A stretch of 64,000 nucleotides of DNA. Origin: a virus (lineage: Duplodnaviria > Caudoviricetes). Shown here one piece after another: positions 30,595-39,485 of this stretch. Under the pieces are notes generated by a model. The model made no database searches, was not told where the DNA came from, and saw only the letters and a program-made list of their open reading frames with translations. The position numbers were made by a program, and so were the translations under genes. The stretch lies in IMG/VR virus record IMGVR_UViG_3300026549_000069, positions 12,424 to 76,423 of that record; one strand, 5' to 3'. Positions within the stretch are counted from its first letter, which is position 1. Each line of letters begins with the position of its first letter.

Positions 30595-30712
30595 TAGCTG
30601 AAACGCCCCTAAACACGCAAAACGCAAATATATTTGTATCAAACGAACAATTAACTTGAATATCAAACAATTGCACACAAAATCACCTTAAACGCTAGCT
30701 TTTTGGGCGAAA
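30595..30712. repeat. Dyad element, possible inverted member of the same family
   Basis: aaaagctagc/gctagctttt 10-bp inverted repeat; reverse strand reads gcgtttaaggtgatttt. Confidence 0.4.
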
Positions 30713-30719
30713 ATACATA

Positions 30720-31060
30720 CAATCTAATTTAATATACAATAATTTCATTTTTCTGCAAATATATCTACTTTTCATAAATTTTTGCTATTTTGCCCTAATA
30801 TTAATATAATTATTACATAACTTTAATAACTTTACAGTATAAACTGTATAATACTACACTAACAGATAATACTAGCTAATAAACAGTAGTATACTAACAG
30901 TTTATATATCAACTAAATAACAGTTAATTAGTTAATTATTATAGATATGCTTAAATAGTATGATTATAATATTACTATTAATAAATATCCATTTGGCTAG
31001 TATTTCCTTTTGGACTAGTCTAATTTGCTTTAATAATGTACCCACACGAAAGGGCTGGAT
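30720..31060. other. Very AT-rich non-coding tract (origin or terminus candidate)
   Basis: Visibly AT-dominated, no ORF, between divergent promoters. Confidence 0.45.
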
Positions 31061-31168
31061 TTAGTTAACAAACCTTTAAAAATAGGCTTATTTGTGAAAA
31101 TATCTTTCGCCTATATATATGTACACACGAAATAATGCAGTTAACAGGCGTTAAAAAAATAGGAAAAA

Positions 31169-31200
31169 TTTGGTCAATCCAGAAGGTGGGTGTACTTTTG
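31169..31200 (+). promoter_or_regulatory. Bacteroidota promoter (rightward, early)
   Basis: TTTG-N20-TACTTTTG. Confidence 0.8.
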
Positions 31201-31926
31201 CAGTGTCGAAAGGGACAAAGGAACAACCCGCCACCGTAACGCGGCGCCCCACGTCCGAACAACCAAACAAGTTAGACTAACGTTGTATGTTAGTTGAAGA
31301 GCACCTTGAAATGATGACAAACGGCATTGTACCGGATAGGTCGGAGCCAACCGTGAAAAGCTATTTAGCTCGTTGGTCCAGGAATTGACAATTCCCCACC
31401 TTCGTTAACACTTCTGGCAAAGGTGTAAGCGGTTGAGTTTTTAGACTAAAAGCGGTAACAAAGAGCCGAAGCGGGAAGGTATGCACAATGTACCGAGCTT
31501 AAAAACGTGTGAATGAATTGAATTAGCTAGTAAATTGTTCCACGTAAAACAATTGCGACGCAAAAAGCAAAATAAATGATTTTTGAGCAAATTTGCAAAG
31601 CTATCTTTATAGCATTTAATTGCAGTGAGTCAATTGCAAGTGCAGCACACAATTAGCTATCATTATAGCACTTTTGATTGTGTGCAGCGCTAAAGCAAAA
31701 ATCATTGACTTTTGCCGGTTGCGGCAGCCTGAAAAAATAAGGGCTGCAGCGCCGCAATTGTTATTAGCCAGATTAAGCAACAAAAAACACTGGCGGACGA
31801 CAGATGAGGAGAATAACAGAGTCGTTTTTTAGGAGCCTTCTCGGGCTCCCCGCCAACAAATTTAATTCACTAACCTACTTAAAGCGCTTTTCGGTTGCAG
31901 GCCTCGGCCGTGGAACCGTGTATATT
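31201..31926 (+). ncRNA. Candidate large structured RNA / leader
   Basis: No credible ORF; nested helices, e.g. 31367-72/31494-99, 31398-403/31475-80, 31575-85/31696-706, 31645-53/31677-85, three-way junction 31791-31855. Confidence 0.55.
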
Positions 31927-32487
31927 ATGGCTACAACAAACAATGCTACCGCAATCCGCATCGACAACATGAGTCTGTTTCTCCTCGGCGAGAAAAAGGT
32001 CAACTTTAAGAACGTCCTTAAAGCAACGAAGGACGGCATGACTCTTAACCGTGTTATTAGAATGATGGCGAGCAAGGATTGTTATCCCACACTCGCCGAG
32101 GACTTGAAGCTGTGTGGCATCAACTCTGCCGCCGAGCTCACGCTAAAAAATGTTAAGTCGTTGGTTGCGCCCGAGCTAAAGAAGGTGGAGACGGTAAAGA
32201 ACGAGAACGGCACCGAGCGTGAGGTGGAAGTGCTTTGCACCGTCCGTCGCGTTTTTGAAACAGAGGAGGTACAATTGTACCGTGACGGCATGCCCTTGTG
32301 CAAAGCTGGCAAACCACTCACGCAAAAGCGTGCAAAGGAGGACGAGGACGGCGAGAAGGTTGTCAAGGAGTACAAGCTGTGCAAGGTGTCTGCATGGAGC
32401 ATCGGCCTCCTCATGAACTTGCTTGCACAGTCGAAGGCTGCAAACGAGGAGCGTGCTCGCATTGCAGCTATGCAGGCTGCAAAGTAA
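31927..32487 (+). CDS. First early gene, 186 aa, unknown function
   Basis: ATG 31927 after tatatt; strongly C/G-ending codons; K/E-rich. Confidence 0.8.
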   Translation: MATTNNATAIRIDNMSLFLLGEKKVNFKNVLKATKDGMTLNRVIRMMASKDCYPTLAEDLKLCGINSAAELTLKNVKSLVAPELKKVETVKNENGTEREVEVLCTVRRVFETEEVQLYRDGMPLCKAGKPLTQKRAKEDEDGEKVVKEYKLCKVSAWSIGLLMNLLAQSKAANEERARIAAMQAAK

Positions 32488-32502
32488 TATACGGCAACAG
32501 AC

Positions 32503-32600
32503 AACCCGTCCGAGCGGGGCCGTTGGGTAGGGAGCGGCAAAGGTAGTTAGGCTCGGAGCGTTTGCCCGTCACAGTGGGGAGGTGGCGGGCGAGGTCTACA
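32503..32600 (+). ncRNA. Pistol-class self-cleaving ribozyme with an inserted hairpin
   Basis: P1 cccg/cggg; loop tccgag pairs with ctcgga; AAA linker; P2 gtag/ctac; ttagg loop; GCG; 12-bp P3; G|U site 32594/32595. Confidence 0.85.
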
Positions 32601-32616
32601 CAAAAAAGTTTGTAAT

Positions 32617-32766
32617 ATGGTAAATGTTTTTCACACAAGCGGGCTGTATTTATTCAGTGCCGCAAGCATTGCCGATGCACACAAAAAGTGCATCGAGCGG
32701 GGATTAAAAACATTTACGCAGTCAATGCGTAACGGCATACTAACTTTATATGTTACAGAGGTATGA
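32617..32766 (+). CDS. Small protein (49 aa), not in ORF track
   Basis: Open frame with ATGA overlap into next gene. Confidence 0.5.
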   Translation: MVNVFHTSGLYLFSAASIADAHKKCIERGLKTFTQSMRNGILTLYVTEV

Positions 32767-32975
32767 GCGACAAAATTACATTGGCATGCGTGATTAGTTT
32801 CATGCTATCGATTTGCGCTATGTGTGGTGCGTTTATCTGCATCGATATGGGAATTGTGGACGGAAATAACGTTTGGGCTCAGGTTGCATATACGAGCCCA
32901 GCAATTGTCTTCGCCCTATCATTGTGGGCAATCGAAATTGCCGAGACCATAGAGAGAAAACGCAACAATAACTAA
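32763..32975 (+). CDS. Small two-TM membrane protein
   Basis: 70 aa, two hydrophobic helices. Confidence 0.6.
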   Translation: MSDKITLACVISFMLSICAMCGAFICIDMGIVDGNNVWAQVAYTSPAIVFALSLWAIEIAETIERKRNNN

Positions 32976-33056
32976 ACAATAATAACTCCTGCCGCAAAAG
33001 GTGGGCGCAATCCTTTGCTACTTTGGCGAGCGAAAGAGCGAAAGTAGCGGTTTATT

Positions 33057-34370
33057 ATGGCAAAGATTAAGAATTTGCAGACAGGTGAGGAGATGACCGT
33101 TAATAACAGTGTGATTCGTAACGGCCAATTGTGGGTGTTCAACAAAACGCCAAAACTTGGCGAACGTTGGTTCGCAAAGCGTCCGATGTTGTCGCAAGAC
33201 GGCACGGTCGAAGGCACCGCGCCAAACCTTGCGCTCCGTATGACCATTGCGGAGCCGTGGGTGCTTGACACAAGCAAGCCCGAGAGAAAACAGCGTACGC
33301 CCAAGGTACGCCAACCCGAGCCCGAGCAGCCGAAGGAAACAGAAGTGCCAGAGCAACCGATACCGCAGCCAGAGCCCGAACAGCCGCAACCGACACCACA
33401 ACCCGTGCAACCTGCTCCGGCATTCAACGTCACAGGTCTTGAAGGCGGGTTGGCGCAGGTGTTCGCACCTGTGTTTCAACAGGTAGCGGCACAGATAGAG
33501 GAAAACATCCGCGCAAAAGTGGCCACAGAAATTGCCGACTTGAAGCGTGTCGCCGAGGAAAAAGCGCGGACGCTCCGCATTGAGCTGCCAGATGGAACAA
33601 AGACCAAGGTCGAAGGTCTGACAATGGACGGTTTTGATGATATGGTGCGAGATTTAGCTGCTGGCTATGCCGTGTATATGTACGGCCCCGCAGGAACAGG
33701 CAAGTCACACACAGCAAAGCAACTTGCGGCCGCACTTGGTTTGCCATACTACGAACTTAATCAGGTTGAGTTCGCACACGAGGTTGCCGGCTATGGCGAT
33801 GCAAGCGGCAAGTATGTGCCGACACCACTTTACGAGGCGGTCACAAAGGGCGGCTTGCTGTTCTTTGACGAGTTTGACCGCAGCGCACAAAGTGCGACAA
33901 CTATTGTCAACACATTGTTGGCAAATCGGCGTTTTACATTCCCTGTCGTTGGCAATGTTGAGGCACACCCGAATTTCCGTGTGGTTGCCGCAGGTAATAC
34001 GACTATGACTGGCGCAAGTAACGAGTATGTTGCCGCCAACGTGATTGACGCATCAAGTCGTGACCGATTTGTGTTTTACAAAACGTATTACGACGAGCGC
34101 ATTGAGCTGCCTGTTATGGCTGGCGGTGATAAAGAACTTGTGGATTTCATGCAAGACTTGCGACAATCAATTGAGAAATCGCACATCTCGCTTGTTGCAA
34201 GTATGCGTGCAACCAAGTACTTGCACACGCACGACAACAACAAGCGCACCGCACTTGAGCGCGGTTTGTTCAAGGGCATGGATGCCGAGGACATTCGTGT
34301 GCTGTACAACAATCTTTCGAGCAAAGGTCTGATAACGAGCTGGGCCGATGCAATGCAAGAATTGTGCTAA
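33057..34370 (+). CDS. MoxR/CbbQ-like AAA+ ATPase
   Basis: GPAGTGKS Walker A, LLFFDEFD Walker B, AAGN, SRDRF; P/E/Q linker after N-terminal domain. Confidence 0.88.
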   Translation: MAKIKNLQTGEEMTVNNSVIRNGQLWVFNKTPKLGERWFAKRPMLSQDGTVEGTAPNLALRMTIAEPWVLDTSKPERKQRTPKVRQPEPEQPKETEVPEQPIPQPEPEQPQPTPQPVQPAPAFNVTGLEGGLAQVFAPVFQQVAAQIEENIRAKVATEIADLKRVAEEKARTLRIELPDGTKTKVEGLTMDGFDDMVRDLAAGYAVYMYGPAGTGKSHTAKQLAAALGLPYYELNQVEFAHEVAGYGDASGKYVPTPLYEAVTKGGLLFFDEFDRSAQSATTIVNTLLANRRFTFPVVGNVEAHPNFRVVAAGNTTMTGASNEYVAANVIDASSRDRFVFYKTYYDERIELPVMAGGDKELVDFMQDLRQSIEKSHISLVASMRATKYLHTHDNNKRTALERGLFKGMDAEDIRVLYNNLSSKGLITSWADAMQELC

Positions 34371-34389
34371 TCTTTTAACACTAACGACT

Positions 34390-35196
34390 ATGAACGTATT
34401 GTTTCAAAAATTCGCCAACATGAGCGAATACCACAACTATCTTGAGAGCGGGAAAGTTCAGCCCGCTTTCAAGAGTGGGCAAGCGTCAAAGACTGGATTT
34501 AAAAGCTTTACAGGTACGGAGTCCTATGAAGAGGCTGACAAGCTATATTTGTGGGGCGATGAAGAAATCGCAAAGAAACTTGACGGGTCTTATTCAATCA
34601 AGACTATGATTCGCAAATATGCTGCGATGAAACCGACAACAAAGAAATTTGTCAGCGTGTGTGGTGCTGTTCCCCATGTGCCTAACTATATCGCTGGCAT
34701 TCCGACAAACATGATTGCAATCCGCCGAACAAAAGTCAGAGAGCGTGTTATGGATGTGTTCTTTAACATGTGCATATCATGCGATGTTAGCACAGAGGAA
34801 ATAATTGAAACGACAATAGAGTTATTTAAGGCGATTATGACAATCGAATCTAGCGGAACACGGGTCAATCTGTATGCTGGCGAGGCTGTGATAAACAAAA
34901 GTCACACGCAGGTTGCTGGAATGGCGATAAAGATTAAGAATGCAACACAACCGATAGACATTGTAAAGATGGTCTATCCGCTGGTCAACCCGTCAATGTT
35001 GCGCCGCCACCATTTTCGCTGGCTTGAAGTGACAAAGGGAATCGAAAAAGATTTCCATAACGGATATGGCCGTGTCCGTGATGACCTTACGATGCCATAC
35101 GTTCGAAAGGAAATGCGCAATTGTCATTGCGTATGCTTTAATGAAATCCGTAAGATGACGTGCGATAGCATTGTCCGCACAATTCTTGACAACTAA
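34390..35196 (+). CDS. vWA-like partner of the AAA ATPase
   Basis: GAVPHVPNYIAG, DVFFNMCIS, IESSGTRVNLY, IKIK..QP; position directly after ATPase. Confidence 0.6.
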   Translation: MNVLFQKFANMSEYHNYLESGKVQPAFKSGQASKTGFKSFTGTESYEEADKLYLWGDEEIAKKLDGSYSIKTMIRKYAAMKPTTKKFVSVCGAVPHVPNYIAGIPTNMIAIRRTKVRERVMDVFFNMCISCDVSTEEIIETTIELFKAIMTIESSGTRVNLYAGEAVINKSHTQVAGMAIKIKNATQPIDIVKMVYPLVNPSMLRRHHFRWLEVTKGIEKDFHNGYGRVRDDLTMPYVRKEMRNCHCVCFNEIRKMTCDSIVRTILDN

Positions 35197-35206
35197 TATA
35201 AACCAC

Positions 35207-35226
35207 GGGGCGGTATCATCCGCCCC
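35207..35226 (+). promoter_or_regulatory. GC-rich intergenic hairpin
   Basis: ggggcgg-tatcat-ccgcccc, no U-tract. Confidence 0.4.
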
Positions 35227-35245
35227 ACTAAAACAAATAAACGAC

Positions 35246-35602
35246 ATGAAAAAGAATAGTTTTGACAACACATTTACATTTGTGCAAATAATTGCTGGCA
35301 AGCACGCTGGCGAGTACGGATATATCGAAGGAACATTCGGCAAAAAGATTGCCGTGGTAAGCGGCAAGCCTGATGGCGAACGCTTTGAATGCCTTGTTTC
35401 TTATGCTGACGTAGAGCGTGGCCTGTCAGATAACGAGATGCACATTGCAAAAGAATGTGCATTGAACTTCTATAATTTTGACATCAAAAGCAAAATTGAA
35501 TACATTAATGCTTGTGATGATGCAGCGGAAATAGAGAGAGTTGCGGTGATAGCAAGAGACCGCATAATCAAGATGTCGAACATTGAAAACATTGTATTAT
35601 AA
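35246..35602 (+). CDS. Hypothetical protein (KOW-like N-terminus)
   Basis: VQIIAGKHAGEYGYI; start reassigned to 35246. Confidence 0.55.
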   Translation: MKKNSFDNTFTFVQIIAGKHAGEYGYIEGTFGKKIAVVSGKPDGERFECLVSYADVERGLSDNEMHIAKECALNFYNFDIKSKIEYINACDDAAEIERVAVIARDRIIKMSNIENIVL

Positions 35603-35967
35603 TGGATAACATTCAATTCAACCGCAAGTGCCGACAGGAAATTCAATGGCGGTACATATTGAATGCCATCCAGATGGCAAACCCAGATGCGATATTTGTT
35701 TCGCACAAAGAAATGCTCAAGTATATCATCTATGAATTTCATTGGGACAGCAACGTGGAATTAACCGCAACGGCTTTTGCGAAATGGCTAGAACAAAAAC
35801 AAATCTGCATCGCCATTCCGCACGACAAAGCCACAATCATTGCAATTGGCAAGGCATGGGGATTTTGTCGAACGAAGAATTCAACTGACAGATTCGTTGA
35901 GACATGGTATGAGCGAATCGCGCAGAAATTTATTCAGATGTGTAACAAATTAAATGTAGAACTATGA
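35602..35967 (+). CDS. Hypothetical protein
   Basis: 121 aa, coupled. Confidence 0.6.
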   Translation: MDNIQFNRKCRQEIQWRYILNAIQMANPDAIFVSHKEMLKYIIYEFHWDSNVELTATAFAKWLEQKQICIAIPHDKATIIAIGKAWGFCRTKNSTDRFVETWYERIAQKFIQMCNKLNVEL

Positions 35968-36137
35968 CAAAGAAAGATTTAGTTGGTGCATTGCTTGTGT
36001 CGCACGGCGTTCTTAATAGCATCTTTGGTAATGCGCTTGAAAGTGCAAGCGGGATTATCATTGCAGCCATCTGCATTGTGGTTGGCTGTGTTGTACTTAA
36101 TTTCGAAAGCGAAACAAATATTAATAGTAATATATAA
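35964..36137 (+). CDS. Small membrane protein (57 aa), not in ORF track
   Basis: MTKKDLVGALL..., ATGA overlap, hydrophobic. Confidence 0.55.
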   Translation: MTKKDLVGALLVSHGVLNSIFGNALESASGIIIAAICIVVGCVVLNFESETNINSNI

Positions 36138-36154
36138 ATTAAACAATAGATATT

Positions 36155-36484
36155 ATGAAAGTACTATCAAGAAAACAATTACTTGCACTCCCGTATGACA
36201 AACAATTGCATGGACTTAAAGATTTTAAATCCGTGCTTGTTGTTCCGACATCTATCGTGTTCGATGAAATGCCGAAGTATCAATGGTTTGTCCTTGTTGG
36301 CTGTGATAAAAATGGTGATGCTTTAGCAAAGGTTGGCTACTGTGACGTGCTTGATATTGAGGGTGGCCACCCGGTGATTGATGTGCTAGAAAACGGCATT
36401 ACGCGAATCCATGATATGGGATGGCGCAAAATGAATGTATTAGATAATTCAGGTGCAACAATTATAATCGACAAAAAAGTATGA
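36155..36484 (+). CDS. Hypothetical protein
   Basis: 109 aa ORF. Confidence 0.6.
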   Translation: MKVLSRKQLLALPYDKQLHGLKDFKSVLVVPTSIVFDEMPKYQWFVLVGCDKNGDALAKVGYCDVLDIEGGHPVIDVLENGITRIHDMGWRKMNVLDNSGATIIIDKKV

Positions 36485-36567
36485 CAATAATTATTATATT
36501 CGGACTTTTAGGCGCAATATTAAATGGTGACCTGTTGAAAATTGGTGGCCGTGGAATGAGAAAATAA
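36481..36567 (+). CDS. 28-aa hydrophobic peptide
   Basis: MTIIIIFGLLGAILNG..., ATGA overlap. Confidence 0.4.
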   Translation: MTIIIIFGLLGAILNGDLLKIGGRGMRK

Positions 36568-36668
36568 CTAACAAAGGCGGGTTCAAGTTGACCAGTGTAG
36601 TGGTAGTGGAAACCACACCCGCCACACAACAAACAATTAACATTATTCACTTTTAAACTTTTTAGATT

Positions 36669-37139
36669 ATGAAAAAGCAAGAGTTTATCCAGCGTGTCAA
36701 GGACATAAAGAACAACATCGAGATTATTCCAGAGCCTTTGCGAGCAGAAGAGTTGAAAAAACGCGGATGCACGAATCCGATTGTGTATGGGATGTGGTGC
36801 GAGCGTAATATGGAGCGCAACTTGCGAGAAGATACAGAACGCAAGTTCACGTTTACAAGCGATATGTCAATCGCCGAGTGGTTCTTGCCGACAGAAGGTA
36901 TTGCCGCCACATACGACACCATCGAGCGCGAGTTGATTGATTGGTGCTACGATAATTATGAGGCTTTTGCCGAGTTAATTATTTCGATAAACCTCAAGGC
37001 TTGGGAACACGCTGCACGGAAGAATGAAACGTGGGCTATGTGGTACAGCGATATGTATCTTGCCGTGAAAGATTTGTACTTCGACCACTTTACTGGAAAC
37101 GAGGATGCAATCAACTACTATTTCGATTACGTTGACTAA
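36669..37139 (+). CDS. Hypothetical protein
   Basis: 156 aa ORF. Confidence 0.65.
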   Translation: MKKQEFIQRVKDIKNNIEIIPEPLRAEELKKRGCTNPIVYGMWCERNMERNLREDTERKFTFTSDMSIAEWFLPTEGIAATYDTIERELIDWCYDNYEAFAELIISINLKAWEHAARKNETWAMWYSDMYLAVKDLYFDHFTGNEDAINYYFDYVD

Positions 37140-37210
37140 AACTAATTCAATATCACCAGTCGCTCGCCGTGGGTTTGCTTGCGGCGGCGGCGATAAAAAC
37201 AAACACTACT

Positions 37211-37513
37211 ATGACACTAACGGAACTTGAATATTACAACGCACTTAATGCGCAAATAGGCGACTTGTGCGACAAGCTGATGGGCAATGCAGATTTGCAA
37301 CTTGTATTAGAAACTGAAAACGAGCAGCAATATTGGCTTGCCAACCACTTAAATACGAATAACGGTGTTCCTGTATTACTTTGGTGTTACGAAGAAGAGC
37401 GTGGAGATGGCTTTGACATCGATGATATTCACGACTGGTACGACTTTCGTGACAAGGTATTTGAACTTGTAACAAGCGGCAAAGTGACAGAATATTATCT
37501 GGAACATATTTAA
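37211..37513 (+). CDS. Acidic hypothetical protein
   Basis: Start reassigned to 37211; D/E-rich. Confidence 0.6.
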   Translation: MTLTELEYYNALNAQIGDLCDKLMGNADLQLVLETENEQQYWLANHLNTNNGVPVLLWCYEEERGDGFDIDDIHDWYDFRDKVFELVTSGKVTEYYLEHI

Positions 37514-37534
37514 TCATTTAAAATTAAAACAACA

Positions 37535-37822
37535 ATGGCTAATTTACAATACAGAATCGGTGGCTCACCTTATGTGTGGGTGGTGAAAGGAGAATGTGGA
37601 TGCGATGTGTTTTTCGATTTCGAAAATGCACTTAATAGATACAATGAGGAATTTAAGAAATTGCAACACGATAAAAATTGCAAACTTTGCATCAATGTTG
37701 CGGAAGATGCGGAAAAGTTGTATTACGCAGTTTTCATTAGAAACGAATGGTGTGGCATCAAAAGGATTTACCTCACACTAGATGATAAGACTATTATTGA
37801 CGGTAGAAAATTGAAAGAATAA
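37535..37822 (+). CDS. Hypothetical protein
   Basis: 95 aa ORF. Confidence 0.6.
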   Translation: MANLQYRIGGSPYVWVVKGECGCDVFFDFENALNRYNEEFKKLQHDKNCKLCINVAEDAEKLYYAVFIRNEWCGIKRIYLTLDDKTIIDGRKLKE

Positions 37823-37823
37823 T

Positions 37824-38600
37824 ATGAAATACGTTACATACTTGCGTGTATCAACGCAGAAACAAGGGCGGTCAGGGCTTGGTCTTGAGGCGCAACGAAA
37901 GATGTGTGCTGCATTTATTGAACAACATCACGGAGAACTTGCAAAAGAATTCGTTGATGTCGAAAGCGGAACACACCGTGACCGCAAAGGATTGTGGGCG
38001 GCTATTGATTATTGCAAGTCAAACAATATGCAACTTGTAATTGCAAAGCTCGACAGGTTGGCCAGAGACGTTGAATTTACATTTAAGGTAATCAACACTG
38101 GTATTCAAATCCATTTCACCGATATGCCGCTTGTTAATACAATGATTCTTGGTGTGTTCGCTGCTGTCGCTCAATACGAAAGAGAGTTGACAAGCAAGCG
38201 CACAAAGGATGCACTTGCAGCGAAGAAAGCAAAGGGCGAAAAGATTGGTGCAGCCAGCGACAATTACCACATCACAAAAGAAAAGAAAGCCGAAAGCGCA
38301 AGCAAGGCAGGAGCGACTAGGACACGGCGGGTGCTTGAAAATCGTGATACGCAAGTACTCATTCAGATTATGAAGAAAGTATTTCCGAAGTGTCGCACAA
38401 CCGAGGAAAGCAGATGGTGTTCTACATTTGTTTCCGTAAATTTGAAATCACGCAAGCAATTCTTTGATGCAATGGTTGAATACCAAAGTATCGACAATGA
38501 TTTGTTCAGAACTTGGGATTTGTCAGACTTTGACAATCCAAAGCTGATTTCAAAGCTAACAAGTAAATTACAATCAATCGTTAAAATGCTAACAAGATGA
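37824..38600 (+). CDS. Serine recombinase (resolvase/invertase family)
   Basis: YLRVST catalytic motif, DVESG, KLDRLAR, ERELTSKRTK. Confidence 0.92.
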   Translation: MKYVTYLRVSTQKQGRSGLGLEAQRKMCAAFIEQHHGELAKEFVDVESGTHRDRKGLWAAIDYCKSNNMQLVIAKLDRLARDVEFTFKVINTGIQIHFTDMPLVNTMILGVFAAVAQYERELTSKRTKDALAAKKAKGEKIGAASDNYHITKEKKAESASKAGATRTRRVLENRDTQVLIQIMKKVFPKCRTTEESRWCSTFVSVNLKSRKQFFDAMVEYQSIDNDLFRTWDLSDFDNPKLISKLTSKLQSIVKMLTR

Positions 38601-38821
38601 GAGCAAAGTATTGTGACACATTTCGTGGACGGTTATACGGCGAAAACGAAAAAGAAGTCTTTGTGATAACAGACAATGGATTTACAAAGATTTCTGAAAT
38701 GATTGGTCAAACCATTCACCGCTATGGCAAACCAGTCAACTATAAATATCAAGTTGAAATTACCAAACTTGACACAGAGGAACATGGTTGGTATAGCATC
38801 AAAGGGCGCAAGATTAACTAA
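38597..38821 (+). CDS. Hypothetical protein
   Basis: 74 aa ORF. Confidence 0.55.
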   Translation: MRAKYCDTFRGRLYGENEKEVFVITDNGFTKISEMIGQTIHRYGKPVNYKYQVEITKLDTEEHGWYSIKGRKIN

Positions 38822-38841
38822 CACAATTAAAAATTAACATT

Positions 38842-39252
38842 ATGAAGTTCGATAGTAAGAAATTCGCAAAGTGGGAAAATGAAACACATATCCCGAAAGA
38901 AATCATGGACATCGTAAATGCTGTTGCCGAAAAGATTGGTTGCGGTGAAGTTGAGGAAAGTACAATTGCTATTTACAATCGTGGTGGCCAAGTTATTGGT
39001 TGGGCAAAGGGGTTCAGCCTGACGCACTGCACAAGTTCATACGAAACAGGACCGACACCAGACTATTCAAGCGCAATGGCAAAATGGTTAAAGGGTCTAG
39101 GTTTTACGATTGAAAATTCTTACGGCGACAACGGCATGGATAGTGCAACGAATTGGCACGATACATTCTGGACACACGATTTCACTTACAAGCCGACAGA
39201 GGTTTGGGAAGAAAGTTTTATAATTTGGGAAAATAAAGATTATATTGAATGA
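38842..39252 (+). CDS. Hypothetical protein
   Basis: 136 aa ORF. Confidence 0.6.
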   Translation: MKFDSKKFAKWENETHIPKEIMDIVNAVAEKIGCGEVEESTIAIYNRGGQVIGWAKGFSLTHCTSSYETGPTPDYSSAMAKWLKGLGFTIENSYGDNGMDSATNWHDTFWTHDFTYKPTEVWEESFIIWENKDYIE

Positions 39253-39451
39253 AATTATGAAACAGATTAAAGGTTACATGGCAACATTCAGACGGCGGAT
39301 GACACCGTACTGCATTGAATTTGATGATTGCTATGATATTGTCAAGCGTGATGGCGGCTGGGCTATCAAGAAAGATGGCGAGTTTATGAACGATTATATC
39401 TATCATTCGAAATGGGCGGCAGCGTCTAGAATCGGTAAATGGGTTAAGTGA
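39245..39451 (+). CDS. Hypothetical protein
   Basis: 68 aa ORF. Confidence 0.5.
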   Translation: MNEIMKQIKGYMATFRRRMTPYCIEFDDCYDIVKRDGGWAIKKDGEFMNDYIYHSKWAAASRIGKWVK

Positions 39452-39485
39452 TGACGCTTCAAATACTACAAAGATTGAACGTATT

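Noticed and set aside
30720-31060. CRISPR array or tandem repeat in the AT-rich tract
   Set aside because: Only short degenerate words recur; no constant repeat with spacers
31210-31260. Twister-sister ribozyme
   Set aside because: Partial resemblance (aaagg...ggcgcccca), but no P2 pairing and no UGCAAG loop
31797-31825. Hammerhead ribozyme
   Set aside because: cagatgag only approximates CUGAUGA and lies in a hairpin loop without the three-stem core
31804-31926. N-terminal extension of the first early ORF (track start 31804)
   Set aside because: The extension lacks coding bias and overlaps the paired three-way junction; ATG 31927 has a typical A/T-rich context
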